From a virus (taxonomy: Duplodnaviria; Caudoviricetes), in the IMG/VR virus record IMGVR_UViG_3300031963_000080, positions 1 through 64,000 of that record: 64,000 nt of DNA; one strand, given 5' to 3'. Within the stretch, counting starts at the first letter, position 1, and each line of letters opens with the position of its first letter. Of this stretch, positions 26,937 through 36,885 are shown one piece after another. The translations under genes were made by a program, and so were the position numbers. The notes below the pieces were generated by a model. It did not search any database. It saw nothing but the letters and a program-made list of their open reading frames with translations, and was not told where the DNA came from.

Positions 26937-28280
26937 TCAGCCTTCTAGATACATTTCAGTGAGTTCTAGAATTGACTCTTCTGAGAGATTTTCTAGAATT
27001 TCAAATGCATCCTCATAATTATCAGCATAACCTTCATTGATGAAATCTTCCATGATATATTGTGCTAGGAGTTCGAATTCTTCTCTTTGTGTGCGTGCTA
27101 AACGAATTTGTTTTCCTCTCTCGGCTTTAACTGTAGTAGGAGCAGTGGATGCTTTTCCACTCTTGTCTGGTCCCTTATTCCAAGGAGTCAAAGGAGTCGA
27201 AGGAGGAAGATTTCCACCTGTTCTTCTTCTTTCGCTACGATTTGCTGCAGCTGGATTGTAAACTGGTTTTTTGCCAGAAGCTTCTAGTGTTCTTAAACCT
27301 AGTCCCGCTGGCTTTGGTTTTGGAGTGGAACCACCGGAAGTAGCTCTACGAGGTCCCTGTGCTGCTGGAGCCTTAGGACCTTGTGGCCTAGTTGTACTTT
27401 GTTGGTGTGGTCCATGTGGACGACCAGAAGATGTAGCACTAAATGGTTCACCTACTGCGGATCTTGCAGCTGCTGATCTACCAGCTTTTCTTTCTTCATA
27501 ATCGGATCTACTCATGCCTGTAGATTTGGACTGTAGTCCTCTAGCTAATTTTTTGCCCGCTCTCGCCAATAAACTACCAATTGCTCTACGCTTGGCACCA
27601 CCAGATTTCTCAACTGTAGTTTGAGTTGATGGTGCAGCATCACGACCACCACCAGAAGTAGTTGTAGTAGTTACTCTAGTTCTTTCTGCTTCTCTGCCGG
27701 CTCTTTCTGTGCTTCTACCTGCTTTATATGCAGATGCGACACCTTTACGAACTCCTTTACGAACAACCCCTCTAAGGGCAGCCATGGCCTCTCCTGCTTT
27801 GCCCTTAGCACGATCATAAGCACCAGCAGCAGCTTGTTTGCCAGCTCTCATGGCACCCATAGCAGCAGATCCAACACCAGTTGCCGCACCCTGCACTGCC
27901 TTACCTGCCGATCTGAGAGCACCAGTTACAGCAGCTTTTCTTGCTTCTTTTCTTGCTTGTGCCTTTTCTCCAGAAACTTGCTGTAGAGTTGCTTGTCTTT
28001 CTGCTTGTCTTTGTGCCATCCTTTGAGGAGACATTCTAACGGCTTCAAATAGAGCCTCTTCTAGAATCACATCATCAGAAAATACACTCTCAATTAAATT
28101 ATAAGACTCATCAAGAGTATTACCATAATCCATAAACTCCCAAAGAAGAGATTCCATGACCTCTTCAATTTCCTCTTGCATGAGATAGTCTACGAATCTA
28201 AGATTCTCATAGAATGTCTCATCCGCTTTTCTTGGGTTGTATAGGTTACCGTAGGCTTCGGTTAAATAGTATTTCGACAT
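26937..28280 (-). CDS. Late protein with acidic ends and an Ala/Arg/Gly/Lys-rich core; internal head protein candidate
   Basis: Amino-acid composition; late promoter at 28313-28320. Confidence 0.75.
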   Translation of the reverse strand: MSKYYLTEAYGNLYNPRKADETFYENLRFVDYLMQEEIEEVMESLLWEFMDYGNTLDESYNLIESVFSDDVILEEALFEAVRMSPQRMAQRQAERQATLQQVSGEKAQARKEARKAAVTGALRSAGKAVQGAATGVGSAAMGAMRAGKQAAAGAYDRAKGKAGEAMAALRGVVRKGVRKGVASAYKAGRSTERAGREAERTRVTTTTTSGGGRDAAPSTQTTVEKSGGAKRRAIGSLLARAGKKLARGLQSKSTGMSRSDYEERKAGRSAAARSAVGEPFSATSSGRPHGPHQQSTTRPQGPKAPAAQGPRRATSGGSTPKPKPAGLGLRTLEASGKKPVYNPAAANRSERRRTGGNLPPSTPLTPWNKGPDKSGKASTAPTTVKAERGKQIRLARTQREEFELLAQYIMEDFINEGYADNYEDAFEILENLSEESILELTEMYLEG

Positions 28281-28312
28281 TTGTATAAAAAAAATTCTTA
28301 TTTGTCTTTATG

Positions 28313-28343
28313 TATTTATAAAAAAAGGGAGCTTATGCTCCCT
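28313..28343 (-). terminator. nrdB terminator fused to late promoter TATAAATA
   Basis: AGGGAGC/GCTCCCT stem; the U-run runs into TATAAATA. Confidence 0.8.
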
Positions 28344-28348
28344 TAAAA

Positions 28349-29542
28349 TTAAAGTTTAAATCCGCTAAAAGTATCAGTTTTCATATCTTGTTTGATGCCA
28401 CCAATTAAGTATTGCTCTGCTTCCACTTCTTGTGGGGCCACTTGAAGACCTTTAGACTCAATCCAATGGGAAGTCCAAGGAAGTGGATTATTATTTGCAG
28501 CAATATTGTATTGTGGTTTTAATCCTATTGATTTCAATCTACGATTCGCAATCCATTCAACATATTGCTGAAGAAGTTTATCATTAAGTCCGATCATGCT
28601 ACCATCTTTGAACAGATAATCTGCCCATTTCTTTTCTTCATTTACAGCACGATCAAACATTTTATAGACCCATGCCTCTTCTTCTTTAGCAATTTGCTTC
28701 ATTTCCGGATCATCGCCATCACGCCATTTGTTCAATATATTTTGAGTAATAACTAGATGTTGATTTTCGTCTCTGGCAATTAAAGAGATGATCTTTGCTG
28801 ATCCTTCCATGAGCTTAAGTTCGCCGAATGCGAAACTACAAGCAAAACTAACGTAGAACCTAATACCTTCAAGAATGTTAACATTTGCGATTGCTCTATA
28901 GAGTTTTCTCTTAACATCGTTGAGTGTTTCCTTTGCGTATGTGACTCCCTCAAGATTATGCATCCAAGTATCAGATACACCATATTGTTGTGCGGATTGA
29001 ATAAAGTCATCATAAGATTCTGTAACGCTCTTAGCACGCTCTAGAATGCGATCATCAGTAATAATAGTATCAAACACCTCAGATGGATCCGAATAAACAT
29101 TTTTGATGATGTAAGTATATGAGCGACTATGAATCATTTCCATGAACCCCCACACTTCCATACATGCTTCCAGTTCAGGAAGTGAGCAATATGGAATAAA
29201 TGCCATACCAGGGCCTCGACCTTGGATGGAATCAAGCATAATTTGATATTTCAAATTAGAAGTAAAAATATGCTTTTGTTCTGGTCTTAGAGTTTGATAA
29301 TCCCCACGATCTTTTTGTAGTGAAACTTCTTCTGGTCTCCAGAAATAACTCAACTGCTGTTGAGTCAGTTTATCGAAAATTGGATACTTATATGAATCAT
29401 ACCTTTGAACCCCCAGCGGCTTACCAAAAAACATAGGTTGTTTCTTGGTATTAACTTGTTCGGTGTTAAAGACTGTCATTCCTTTAATTTTCGTTTGAGT
29501 ATCTTCAGTAGAAGAAATTTTAAATTGCATGTTAGTCCCCAT
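28349..29542 (-). CDS. nrdB: Ribonucleotide reductase class Ia beta subunit
   Basis: FWRPEEV, EMIHSRSY, LEGIRFYVSF, RDENQH. Confidence 0.98.
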   Translation of the reverse strand: MGTNMQFKISSTEDTQTKIKGMTVFNTEQVNTKKQPMFFGKPLGVQRYDSYKYPIFDKLTQQQLSYFWRPEEVSLQKDRGDYQTLRPEQKHIFTSNLKYQIMLDSIQGRGPGMAFIPYCSLPELEACMEVWGFMEMIHSRSYTYIIKNVYSDPSEVFDTIITDDRILERAKSVTESYDDFIQSAQQYGVSDTWMHNLEGVTYAKETLNDVKRKLYRAIANVNILEGIRFYVSFACSFAFGELKLMEGSAKIISLIARDENQHLVITQNILNKWRDGDDPEMKQIAKEEEAWVYKMFDRAVNEEKKWADYLFKDGSMIGLNDKLLQQYVEWIANRRLKSIGLKPQYNIAANNNPLPWTSHWIESKGLQVAPQEVEAEQYLIGGIKQDMKTDTFSGFKL

Positions 29543-29564
29543 TCACATTGAATATTTAAGCAAA

Positions 29565-31880
29565 TCAAATAGTACAACTTTCACAATCACTTTCTTGCGA
29601 TTCCAAGATGTCATCCAATAATGATTGTAATTCTTGTTTTGGTTCTTCTGCTACCTCATCAGTTTTAATGTCATAAGTGTTTTGGTAGTATGCCGTCTTA
29701 TGTCCGTACTTATATGTGGTAAGAAAATCATTTGCCATCACTGAAACTGGCACCTCATTATCTGGATAGTTTTCTGGATTATAAGACCAATTCCCAGAGA
29801 TTGCCTGATCGAAGAACTTTTGCATCACAGCAACAATATTAATATAACCACGATTGGACCCCATATCCCAAAGAAGCGTATAATTGTTCTTAAGAGTGTG
29901 ATATTGAGGAACAATCTGTTTGAGTGGGCCTTTCTTGGATTTTTTAATGGACAAGTACCCTCTAGGAGGTTCAATTCCGTTGGTTGCATTTGACACAACG
30001 GAACTGCTCTCCGATGGCATTTGTGCGGACAATGTTGAGTGCCGAAGTCCATACTCCAAGATAGATGCTCTAAGAGTTTCCCAATCATGTTCCAAACCAA
30101 TAGAAGAAATTTCGTCTACATCTTTTTTGTAAGTATCAACTGGAAGAATTCCATCAGCATACTTGGTACGACCAAAGTATTCACAATATCCTTTTTCTTT
30201 GGCAAGTTGATTTGATGCCTTTAGAAGGTAATATTGGAATGACTCAGAAAGACCATGGACCGCATCCCATGCTTCCTGAGAATCATAATTGAATCCAAGT
30301 TTTGCCAAATAATGAGCGAGACCAATATACCCAATTCCCAATGATCTACGACGCTTTGTGAAGTTTTCTGCCGCTTTTACTGGATATTCCTGATAATCTA
30401 TCAATTCATCCAAAGAACGAACGGTAAGATCACAGAGTTCTTCTAGTTCTTCATCAGATTTCACTTTACCAACATTGATAGCAGATAGAATGCAGGTAGC
30501 AATTTCAGCATAATTATCATCGTCGATGTGCTGAATAGGTGTTGTCGGCTCAGTGATTTCTTGGCACAAATTACTCATGGTAATTTGATCTTTATAAGAA
30601 CTATGAGAATTACAATGATCTATATTCATTATGTAAATTCGACCAGTTTCTGCTCGTTCTTTTAAGACATTCAATATTAATTCTTGTGCCTTAACTTTTT
30701 TCTTTGGGATCGAAGGATTGTTTTCATAAGATACATAGAGATCATCGAATGTGGGTAGTCCAAAGTTATCATAAAGTCCAGGCACATCGTTTGGAGAGAA
30801 GAGCGTGATTTCTTCATTTTTGATGAACCTTTCATAAAATATCTTACTAAATTGAATGGAATAATCTAGTTTACGAACACGATTATCTTCTGTTCCTTTA
30901 TTGTTTTTAAGAACAATAATATCTTCTATTTCTTGGTGCCAGATTGGGAAGTGGACTGTCGCGGATCCACCTCGTATGCCATTTTGCGTGCAACATCTGA
31001 CAGTTGCTTCAAACTTCTTGAGAAATGGTACAACACCAGTATGTTGAACTTCTCCCCCTCTGATTTTGCCGTTGATGCCACGGATCCGACCAGCGTTGAT
31101 GCCGATTCCCGCCCTCTGTGCAACATATCTACCAATAGCCATATCACTGCTAAAGATAGAATCGAGGGTGTCATCAACATCAACAAGAACACAACTAGCA
31201 AATTGTCTAAGTGGCGTTCTAACTCCTGCCATGATGGGAGTTGGGATGTTGATTTTGTGCTTTGAGATTGCGTCATAATACCTCTTTATATAAGAAAGAC
31301 GAGTTTCTTTTGGGTACCTAGAAAACATCGTAAGAGCAATCATAATGTACATAAATTGTGGGGTTTCGTACAATTTGCCAGTACTACGATCTTGTACCAA
31401 ATACTTATCTACGACTTGCCGTAATCCAGCATATGTAAACAAAAAGTCTCTGTCATGATCAATGTAAGAATTTACTTTATCAATATCTTCTTTTGAGTAA
31501 TAGTCATAAATCTGATGATCATATATCTTCAAAGAAACGCAATTATTAATATGATCTTCCAAATGAGGAATATCTATTGTCCCACCAAAGATTTTTTTAC
31601 GAATAGAAAATAAAAGAAGTCGTGCCGCAACATACTGATAATTGGGAGCTTCTAGAGAAATCAAATCGGAAGCAGATCTGATGAGTATTTCTTGGATTTC
31701 ATCCGTGGTAATTCCATCATAAAATTGAATACCAGATGTCATTTCTACTTGAGATGCAGAAACGCCGGAGAGCCCCCTACAAGCCTCACCAACCATCAGG
31801 TGCATCTTATCCAGAGCCAAACCCTCGATCCTTCCATTTCTTTTTTGGACTTTAATTCCGTTGGTCATACTTTTTTCCAT
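29565..31880 (-). CDS. nrdA: Ribonucleotide reductase class Ia alpha subunit
   Basis: ATP cone, PTPIMAG, SNLCQEI, C-terminal CESC; no intron or intein seen. Confidence 0.98.
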   Translation of the reverse strand: MEKSMTNGIKVQKRNGRIEGLALDKMHLMVGEACRGLSGVSASQVEMTSGIQFYDGITTDEIQEILIRSASDLISLEAPNYQYVAARLLLFSIRKKIFGGTIDIPHLEDHINNCVSLKIYDHQIYDYYSKEDIDKVNSYIDHDRDFLFTYAGLRQVVDKYLVQDRSTGKLYETPQFMYIMIALTMFSRYPKETRLSYIKRYYDAISKHKINIPTPIMAGVRTPLRQFASCVLVDVDDTLDSIFSSDMAIGRYVAQRAGIGINAGRIRGINGKIRGGEVQHTGVVPFLKKFEATVRCCTQNGIRGGSATVHFPIWHQEIEDIIVLKNNKGTEDNRVRKLDYSIQFSKIFYERFIKNEEITLFSPNDVPGLYDNFGLPTFDDLYVSYENNPSIPKKKVKAQELILNVLKERAETGRIYIMNIDHCNSHSSYKDQITMSNLCQEITEPTTPIQHIDDDNYAEIATCILSAINVGKVKSDEELEELCDLTVRSLDELIDYQEYPVKAAENFTKRRRSLGIGYIGLAHYLAKLGFNYDSQEAWDAVHGLSESFQYYLLKASNQLAKEKGYCEYFGRTKYADGILPVDTYKKDVDEISSIGLEHDWETLRASILEYGLRHSTLSAQMPSESSSVVSNATNGIEPPRGYLSIKKSKKGPLKQIVPQYHTLKNNYTLLWDMGSNRGYINIVAVMQKFFDQAISGNWSYNPENYPDNEVPVSVMANDFLTTYKYGHKTAYYQNTYDIKTDEVAEEPKQELQSLLDDILESQESDCESCTI

Positions 31881-32839
31881 TCGTTAAACTTAAGTTTTGC
31901 TTCTAAGCCAGAGTAAGTATTTAATTCTATCATGGATTGGACATTATGTCCAGACAGAAACATTTCATTTACATCTTTTTCTTTAATCGTAATTGGCCAT
32001 ATTACAATTGAATCGCCAGACTGAATTTTAGAATCCATTCTTTTATGAATTTCTATATTCCTCGGCTCATTATCATAAACATAAACTGGACGAGAAATAT
32101 TTAGATCTACTAAGTTCAAATCGGATCCACACATTGCAATTGAATTTTTAATAAATGTAGAATCGAATGGACCTTCTAGTACATAAACGAATTGGTCCAA
32201 ATCCACATCATCATAACCATAAAGTTTTGGAGAGTCTTTATCTAACATTATGGTAATATATTTTATTGGACTTGGGTCCAACGATCTTCCCTGGAATCCA
32301 ACTAATTCTTTTTTATAATACAATGGAATTATTATTCTAGGTTCTTCATATTTTAAACTTTTTTCATCAAATGTATGGATTAAAGAATTAGTCCATTCTT
32401 TAAATTTTTCTGCGTAATAAAATTTAGATGCGTCCAATTTTCTATATTCTAGATACCTCTTTGACCTTTCGTTTTCTGAAGCTTTAGGTAAATTTAATCT
32501 AGTTTTAAATTTAGGTTTTTGAAACTTAAATTTTGGAGCCTCTGCTGTGAAGTTCTTTCCAGTAAATCCGGAGGAATATTTTTCCAAACAATATTCTTGA
32601 TGCAGAACTGGATCAAATGTTTTTAAGAAATTATTGAGTGACACATTAATTCCACAATTATGGCACTTATAATTTGTATTATTTTTCACAGAGTAAAAAT
32701 ATCCCCTTGCTCTGGATTTGTTCTTCCTAGAATCTCCACAAATTGGACACCTGCAGTTGTATAGATTCTGGTTCTTTTTCGCAAATTTATCTACTCTTGA
32801 AGATATAAGATTGATGTACTTATCATCAATTAGATCCAT
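31865..32839 (-). CDS. gp61: DNA primase gp61
   Basis: CRCPICGDS...CHNC zinc finger, EGPFDS, DNEPRN. Confidence 0.96.
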   Translation of the reverse strand: MDLIDDKYINLISSRVDKFAKKNQNLYNCRCPICGDSRKNKSRARGYFYSVKNNTNYKCHNCGINVSLNNFLKTFDPVLHQEYCLEKYSSGFTGKNFTAEAPKFKFQKPKFKTRLNLPKASENERSKRYLEYRKLDASKFYYAEKFKEWTNSLIHTFDEKSLKYEEPRIIIPLYYKKELVGFQGRSLDPSPIKYITIMLDKDSPKLYGYDDVDLDQFVYVLEGPFDSTFIKNSIAMCGSDLNLVDLNISRPVYVYDNEPRNIEIHKRMDSKIQSGDSIVIWPITIKEKDVNEMFLSGHNVQSMIELNTYSGLEAKLKFNEWKKV

Positions 32840-32898
32840 AATCTAAAATTAACCTTTGGTTCTTTAGTATACCACCAATAGCCCAGAGCGTCAAGCCC

Positions 32899-33312
32899 TC
32901 ACTTGAATGGTCTGTTTAATTGGTGGTGCTGTTGCATCTCTGATGGAGTCCACCAACCGGATGCCAAAGAAGACAATGCTCCAGTCAGTACTACAAGAAG
33001 AACACCACAACCAACAGTCATCCATTTAATTTTATTAATTTCTTGTACTTTTTCTTCTATTGATTCTATTCTTCTTATGACTTGGGTATGATCTTTGTGG
33101 TTATCTGATTTAACATCATCTATCATCTTCACAATGATATTATCAGATTTATTACATTGTTCTATTCTTTCATCGTGCACAGCTAACATTTTCATTATAT
33201 TAGAATTGACTTCACTTAATTTTTCAATGGCGTCATCTAACTTATGTACTATATTAGAAAAGTCTAATAACTTTTGCTCTAGAACTGCTAACTTTACTGC
33301 TTCTTCTGACAT
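32899..33312 (-). CDS. Conserved coiled-coil protein with a C-terminal TM helix
   Basis: MLAVHDERI motif; hydrophobic tail. Confidence 0.75.
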   Translation of the reverse strand: MSEEAVKLAVLEQKLLDFSNIVHKLDDAIEKLSEVNSNIMKMLAVHDERIEQCNKSDNIIVKMIDDVKSDNHKDHTQVIRRIESIEEKVQEINKIKWMTVGCGVLLVVLTGALSSLASGWWTPSEMQQHHQLNRPFK

Positions 33313-33379
33313 GTTAGTGAATTTTAATTTTTCTCTGTCTTTAATCCACCAACAAATGAATTATACTAATATTTATATT

Positions 33380-33613
33380 TTACAAGAGTCCCATTGACTT
33401 TAACCACTTTTCGTATTTCTGGTGATATTGTTTTGTTCTCTTATCAACTAAACCACCTATAGTTCTGCGAAACATTCCCAATTCTGCTTTTGGGTCGAAC
33501 CCGGCTGTTGGTCCTTCATTTGGTGAACTTCCGCTAAATGCTCCTCCCTGTCCTGGAGCATTTGCTACCATGTTTTCTCTTACAATTTGGATTACTCTGT
33601 CTAACTTACTCAT
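33380..33613 (-). CDS. Hypothetical protein
   Basis: 77-aa ORF coupled to the upstream gene. Confidence 0.7.
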   Translation of the reverse strand: MSKLDRVIQIVRENMVANAPGQGGAFSGSSPNEGPTAGFDPKAELGMFRRTIGGLVDKRTKQYHQKYEKWLKSMGLL

Positions 33614-33986
33614 TTGTAATTTTTTCCAATTCTTGTGCGCAAAAAATATCTATTGGAATGTCATGTATATACCCTCTTGGATACTCAGGCAATTTATTCA
33701 AAAAGACCACAAAAGTTTTCATGTAAGGCCATAAATCATTATCAATTTTAAAAAACAACATTGGAGTAGTTGCTTCCCCAAATATATTATAAAGAATCAC
33801 AAAATGGTTAATTAACAGGTGCGTTTTTAACACACCTGTATTTTTATACCTTCTGAATAATCTTTTTATATATTTAAAATGATTTAAATCTCTATCAAAA
33901 TCTTCTTTGGTCACTGCCTGAGGATTTTCATAATTTTTAATCGCAAATAAGAGAAAATTTTCCTCATTCAGTTCAGTAAACAGCAT
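33606..33986 (-). CDS. Conserved T4-like phage hypothetical protein
   Basis: ELNEENFLLFAIKNY.NP, LLINHFVILYNIFG. Confidence 0.8.
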   Translation of the reverse strand: MLFTELNEENFLLFAIKNYENPQAVTKEDFDRDLNHFKYIKRLFRRYKNTGVLKTHLLINHFVILYNIFGEATTPMLFFKIDNDLWPYMKTFVVFLNKLPEYPRGYIHDIPIDIFCAQELEKITNE

Positions 33987-33992
33987 GTAATA

Positions 33993-34754
33993 TCAAGCTA
34001 ATGGATTTGAATCGTATAATGGGGTATTTCCAGTTTGAATTCCAGACATTGCCACTAGGGTCTCAGTTTTAACTCTAAGACTACCAGATGCGTCAATATA
34101 TGTAGTCATCCCAACCCAACCAGCATGTGTTAGTGCATATGAAGTTGTTTGCGCAGAATCTAGTCCTGCACCAGCAACACCATAGACTGAAGAATTCTGC
34201 TCTCCTGTCAATCTTGTAACAGTCACTTGAGCGCCAGATGCAATTGCAACATTAATTGTAGATGCAAGAGAAACAATAGAGCCAGTAACTGAAGCTACTG
34301 ATCTTGATACGGTACCACTAGCTAATGTATCTCCAGTCTGTATACCAGAAACTGAAACTAGAGTTACTTTATCTGAGCCAATACCAGAAGTAGCTGCAGC
34401 TGATGTTCTAACAACTAGTGTCGTTTCTGCTGCTGATTGTGTTTTTTGAGTATATACACTGTCCCAAGTAGTATATTTTGGCAATTCACTTATATCAAAT
34501 TGAACTCCAGAAATACTTGCACCACTAAGAGCAGAAGTAGAAGCAATGGAAAGTTGAGTAGTACTAGCAATCCCAACAATAATCGCATCACCAAAATAAC
34601 TGTTAGGTCTTGTACCAAAACGAATTATATCTCCAATTGCAGCAGCACCAACTTGACCAAAAGTAGTTCCGCTACCGGTTACAACAAGAGTAGCGTAATC
34701 TAAAGATACTGTACCACCAGATCCTTTAGCATCATTATTTCCCCAGAGTGCCAT
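33993..34754 (-). CDS. Virion structural protein candidate
   Basis: MALWG start, HAGWV, RVKTETLVAMS; S/T/G-rich; late promoter at 34787-34794. Confidence 0.75.
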   Translation of the reverse strand: MALWGNNDAKGSGGTVSLDYATLVVTGSGTTFGQVGAAAIGDIIRFGTRPNSYFGDAIIVGIASTTQLSIASTSALSGASISGVQFDISELPKYTTWDSVYTQKTQSAAETTLVVRTSAAATSGIGSDKVTLVSVSGIQTGDTLASGTVSRSVASVTGSIVSLASTINVAIASGAQVTVTRLTGEQNSSVYGVAGAGLDSAQTTSYALTHAGWVGMTTYIDASGSLRVKTETLVAMSGIQTGNTPLYDSNPLA

Positions 34755-34845
34755 GTCTTTTTTCCGTAAAGATTATTTTATATGAATATTTATAAAAAAA
34801 GAGACCTACTAACAAGGTCTCTTTTTAATTTATGTTAGCAAAAAA

Positions 34846-35016
34846 TCAGCAATTTTTTAGGAGTGCAGTTCTTACTGTTCCGGCAATTACATCATCAATA
34901 TCGTTATCTGTAGTCTTAACATAACGATCAAGTAACTCAACTACAAGACGCTTTGTGTGACAAGAATTTAATGCAGCAAAAATGAGTGGCTTTACAACTT
35001 CTACTAGTACTCCCAT
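34846..35016 (-). CDS. Small hypothetical protein (56 aa)
   Basis: AGGAGG Shine-Dalgarno; MGVLVEVVKPLIFAA...TDNDIDD. Confidence 0.7.
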   Translation of the reverse strand: MGVLVEVVKPLIFAALNSCHTKRLVVELLDRYVKTTDNDIDDVIAGTVRTALLKNC

Positions 35017-35062
35017 AATGTCCTCCTTTTTAATTTTTTTGGATAATATCCGGAACTATTTA

Positions 35063-35518
35063 TCAATCGATGATGCTTTGTCGGTAAAGATTTATAAACT
35101 CTTTTAGTTTTAGTGTAAGTTGTCTAGTTCTTGGCTTTGGTGTTTTTGGTCTTTTTTCTGGTTTTTTCAACTTTGGCTTCTTATATGGTTTTACCTTTAG
35201 ATCTTTATGTGCCGGAATGCCAGGAATCCATGGTTCGAGGACACGCTGTGGTTTTGGAGTTTCTTTTTTTTGTGGAGGTTCTGGTTTTTCTATTTCTGGA
35301 GCAACCGTCATATAAGAAACTCCACCACCAGGTTTTTGTGGCTTTGGTTCTTTTTTGGTTGGTTCTGATGCTCTCCAATCTAAAGTTGGACCAGTTCTCC
35401 CTCTGGTTCTGCTTCTTGGTGAAAGTTGTCCAGTTGGTTTATCTCTTCTTGGAGAAGACCCCCAAGTAGGAAATGCCTCATCAATCCTAGAAAGAAATTG
35501 ATTGAATGTAATGGACAT
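35063..35518 (-). CDS. Pro/Lys-rich basic protein
   Basis: Starts MSITFNQFLSRIDE; low complexity. Confidence 0.7.
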   Translation of the reverse strand: MSITFNQFLSRIDEAFPTWGSSPRRDKPTGQLSPRSRTRGRTGPTLDWRASEPTKKEPKPQKPGGGVSYMTVAPEIEKPEPPQKKETPKPQRVLEPWIPGIPAHKDLKVKPYKKPKLKKPEKRPKTPKPRTRQLTLKLKEFINLYRQSIID

Positions 35519-35520
35519 AA

Positions 35521-36858
35521 TCAGCCCTCTTTCTTTCTGGGAAGTCCTTCGTGCTTAGTTTTTGCAAACTTACGAATTTTGGCTTCGGACATACCATCGA
35601 CAATTTCTAGAACTTGCTTACTTACTTCAGACCTTGGAGTTTCGCCTCTTTTAACTGAAAGTGCTAAACCAAAAATCTTCTGCTGTTGCTCACTTTCTGC
35701 TTTTTCTAAAAGAAATGATTCAATTTCCTCTCTGACTCCAACTCTTCTTTTTGCGGTTTCTTTTGCAGCCGCAGTTACAGCAGCTTTAGTAACTCGTTTT
35801 GCACCTTTAATTAAAGCAGCCTGGACATTCCTACCCGCTTTAGTTTCCATTGGTGCTCTCATACCAGATCCAATTTCAGATGCTGCTTTTGTTGCAGTTG
35901 AAGCCGCTTTTCTGACAGTTTGTGCTGTTTGACGAGCACCAGAAACGGCTTGACGGTGCCTTTGCATTCCTTGCTGATATTGAGTGGAAACAGTTTTTGC
36001 TGCTCCCATTATTCCCCTAGCAAGTGCATCTAAGGCTGGTCTAGCTTTTGGTTGAGTTGCTACTGCTTTTTTTACTAACTCATTACCTCTAGAGACTGTA
36101 ACTTTTCGTGCTACAGTTCGCATCTTTTTGGCTGCTTCTCTATCATCAATTCCTGCTTTTATTTTTGCTATTTTTCGAGCTTTCTCTTCTGGAGTTGTTG
36201 GTACTCGTTTTGCTTTCCTTGCTTCAGTTAATATAAGATCTTCAGAAATACAGAAGACATACTCAAGGAACTTATCGACTCCAAGGTCTTCAATAACCAT
36301 TTCGAGTCCTTCTTCATTCAAACCCTGCTCATAAAAATACTCGGCAGCAATGTCGATAATTTGATCAATATATTCTTCAGTCAACTCTACACTTTCGCCT
36401 ATATTAACATTAGGGTTAATATCTACTTTATTGACAATACCAGAACGCTCTTTGATTTGTCTCTGTTTTGCATCTTCGATATCTGCTTCGACATCTCCTA
36501 CTTTTTCATATAAATCATACCTCCAATCAGAATAAGATTCATCCATTTTTTTCTTTTTTCTTTTTGGTGGATCTCCGTCTGGGGTACGTCCCATAGCTCT
36601 TTGTATTGCATTATGCCTTGATCCAAGAAATTCGTCTTCTCCACTTTCTACTTTGCCATCTTCATCATAATCAGCGTCTGCTTCATCGCCATCGTCATCA
36701 TCATTATCTTTCTCATCTTCATCGTCATTCTTCATCTTCTTATTCTTTTCTTCAATATACTGAAGATATTCATCTCTTTCTGAGATTACCATACCAGAAA
36801 CAGATTCCAAATAAATCTGTTTCATTTCATTTAGACTTTCTACGATACGATCAGACAT
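35521..36858 (-). CDS. Acidic/basic segmented late protein, internal head protein candidate
   Basis: D/E tract, A/K/R-rich segment, C-terminal ESEQQQKIFGLAL...FAKTKHEGLP module. Confidence 0.75.
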   Translation of the reverse strand: MSDRIVESLNEMKQIYLESVSGMVISERDEYLQYIEEKNKKMKNDDEDEKDNDDDDGDEADADYDEDGKVESGEDEFLGSRHNAIQRAMGRTPDGDPPKRKKKKMDESYSDWRYDLYEKVGDVEADIEDAKQRQIKERSGIVNKVDINPNVNIGESVELTEEYIDQIIDIAAEYFYEQGLNEEGLEMVIEDLGVDKFLEYVFCISEDLILTEARKAKRVPTTPEEKARKIAKIKAGIDDREAAKKMRTVARKVTVSRGNELVKKAVATQPKARPALDALARGIMGAAKTVSTQYQQGMQRHRQAVSGARQTAQTVRKAASTATKAASEIGSGMRAPMETKAGRNVQAALIKGAKRVTKAAVTAAAKETAKRRVGVREEIESFLLEKAESEQQQKIFGLALSVKRGETPRSEVSKQVLEIVDGMSEAKIRKFAKTKHEGLPRKKEG

Positions 36859-36885
36859 CTGTATAAATTCTTAAAACCTATACAT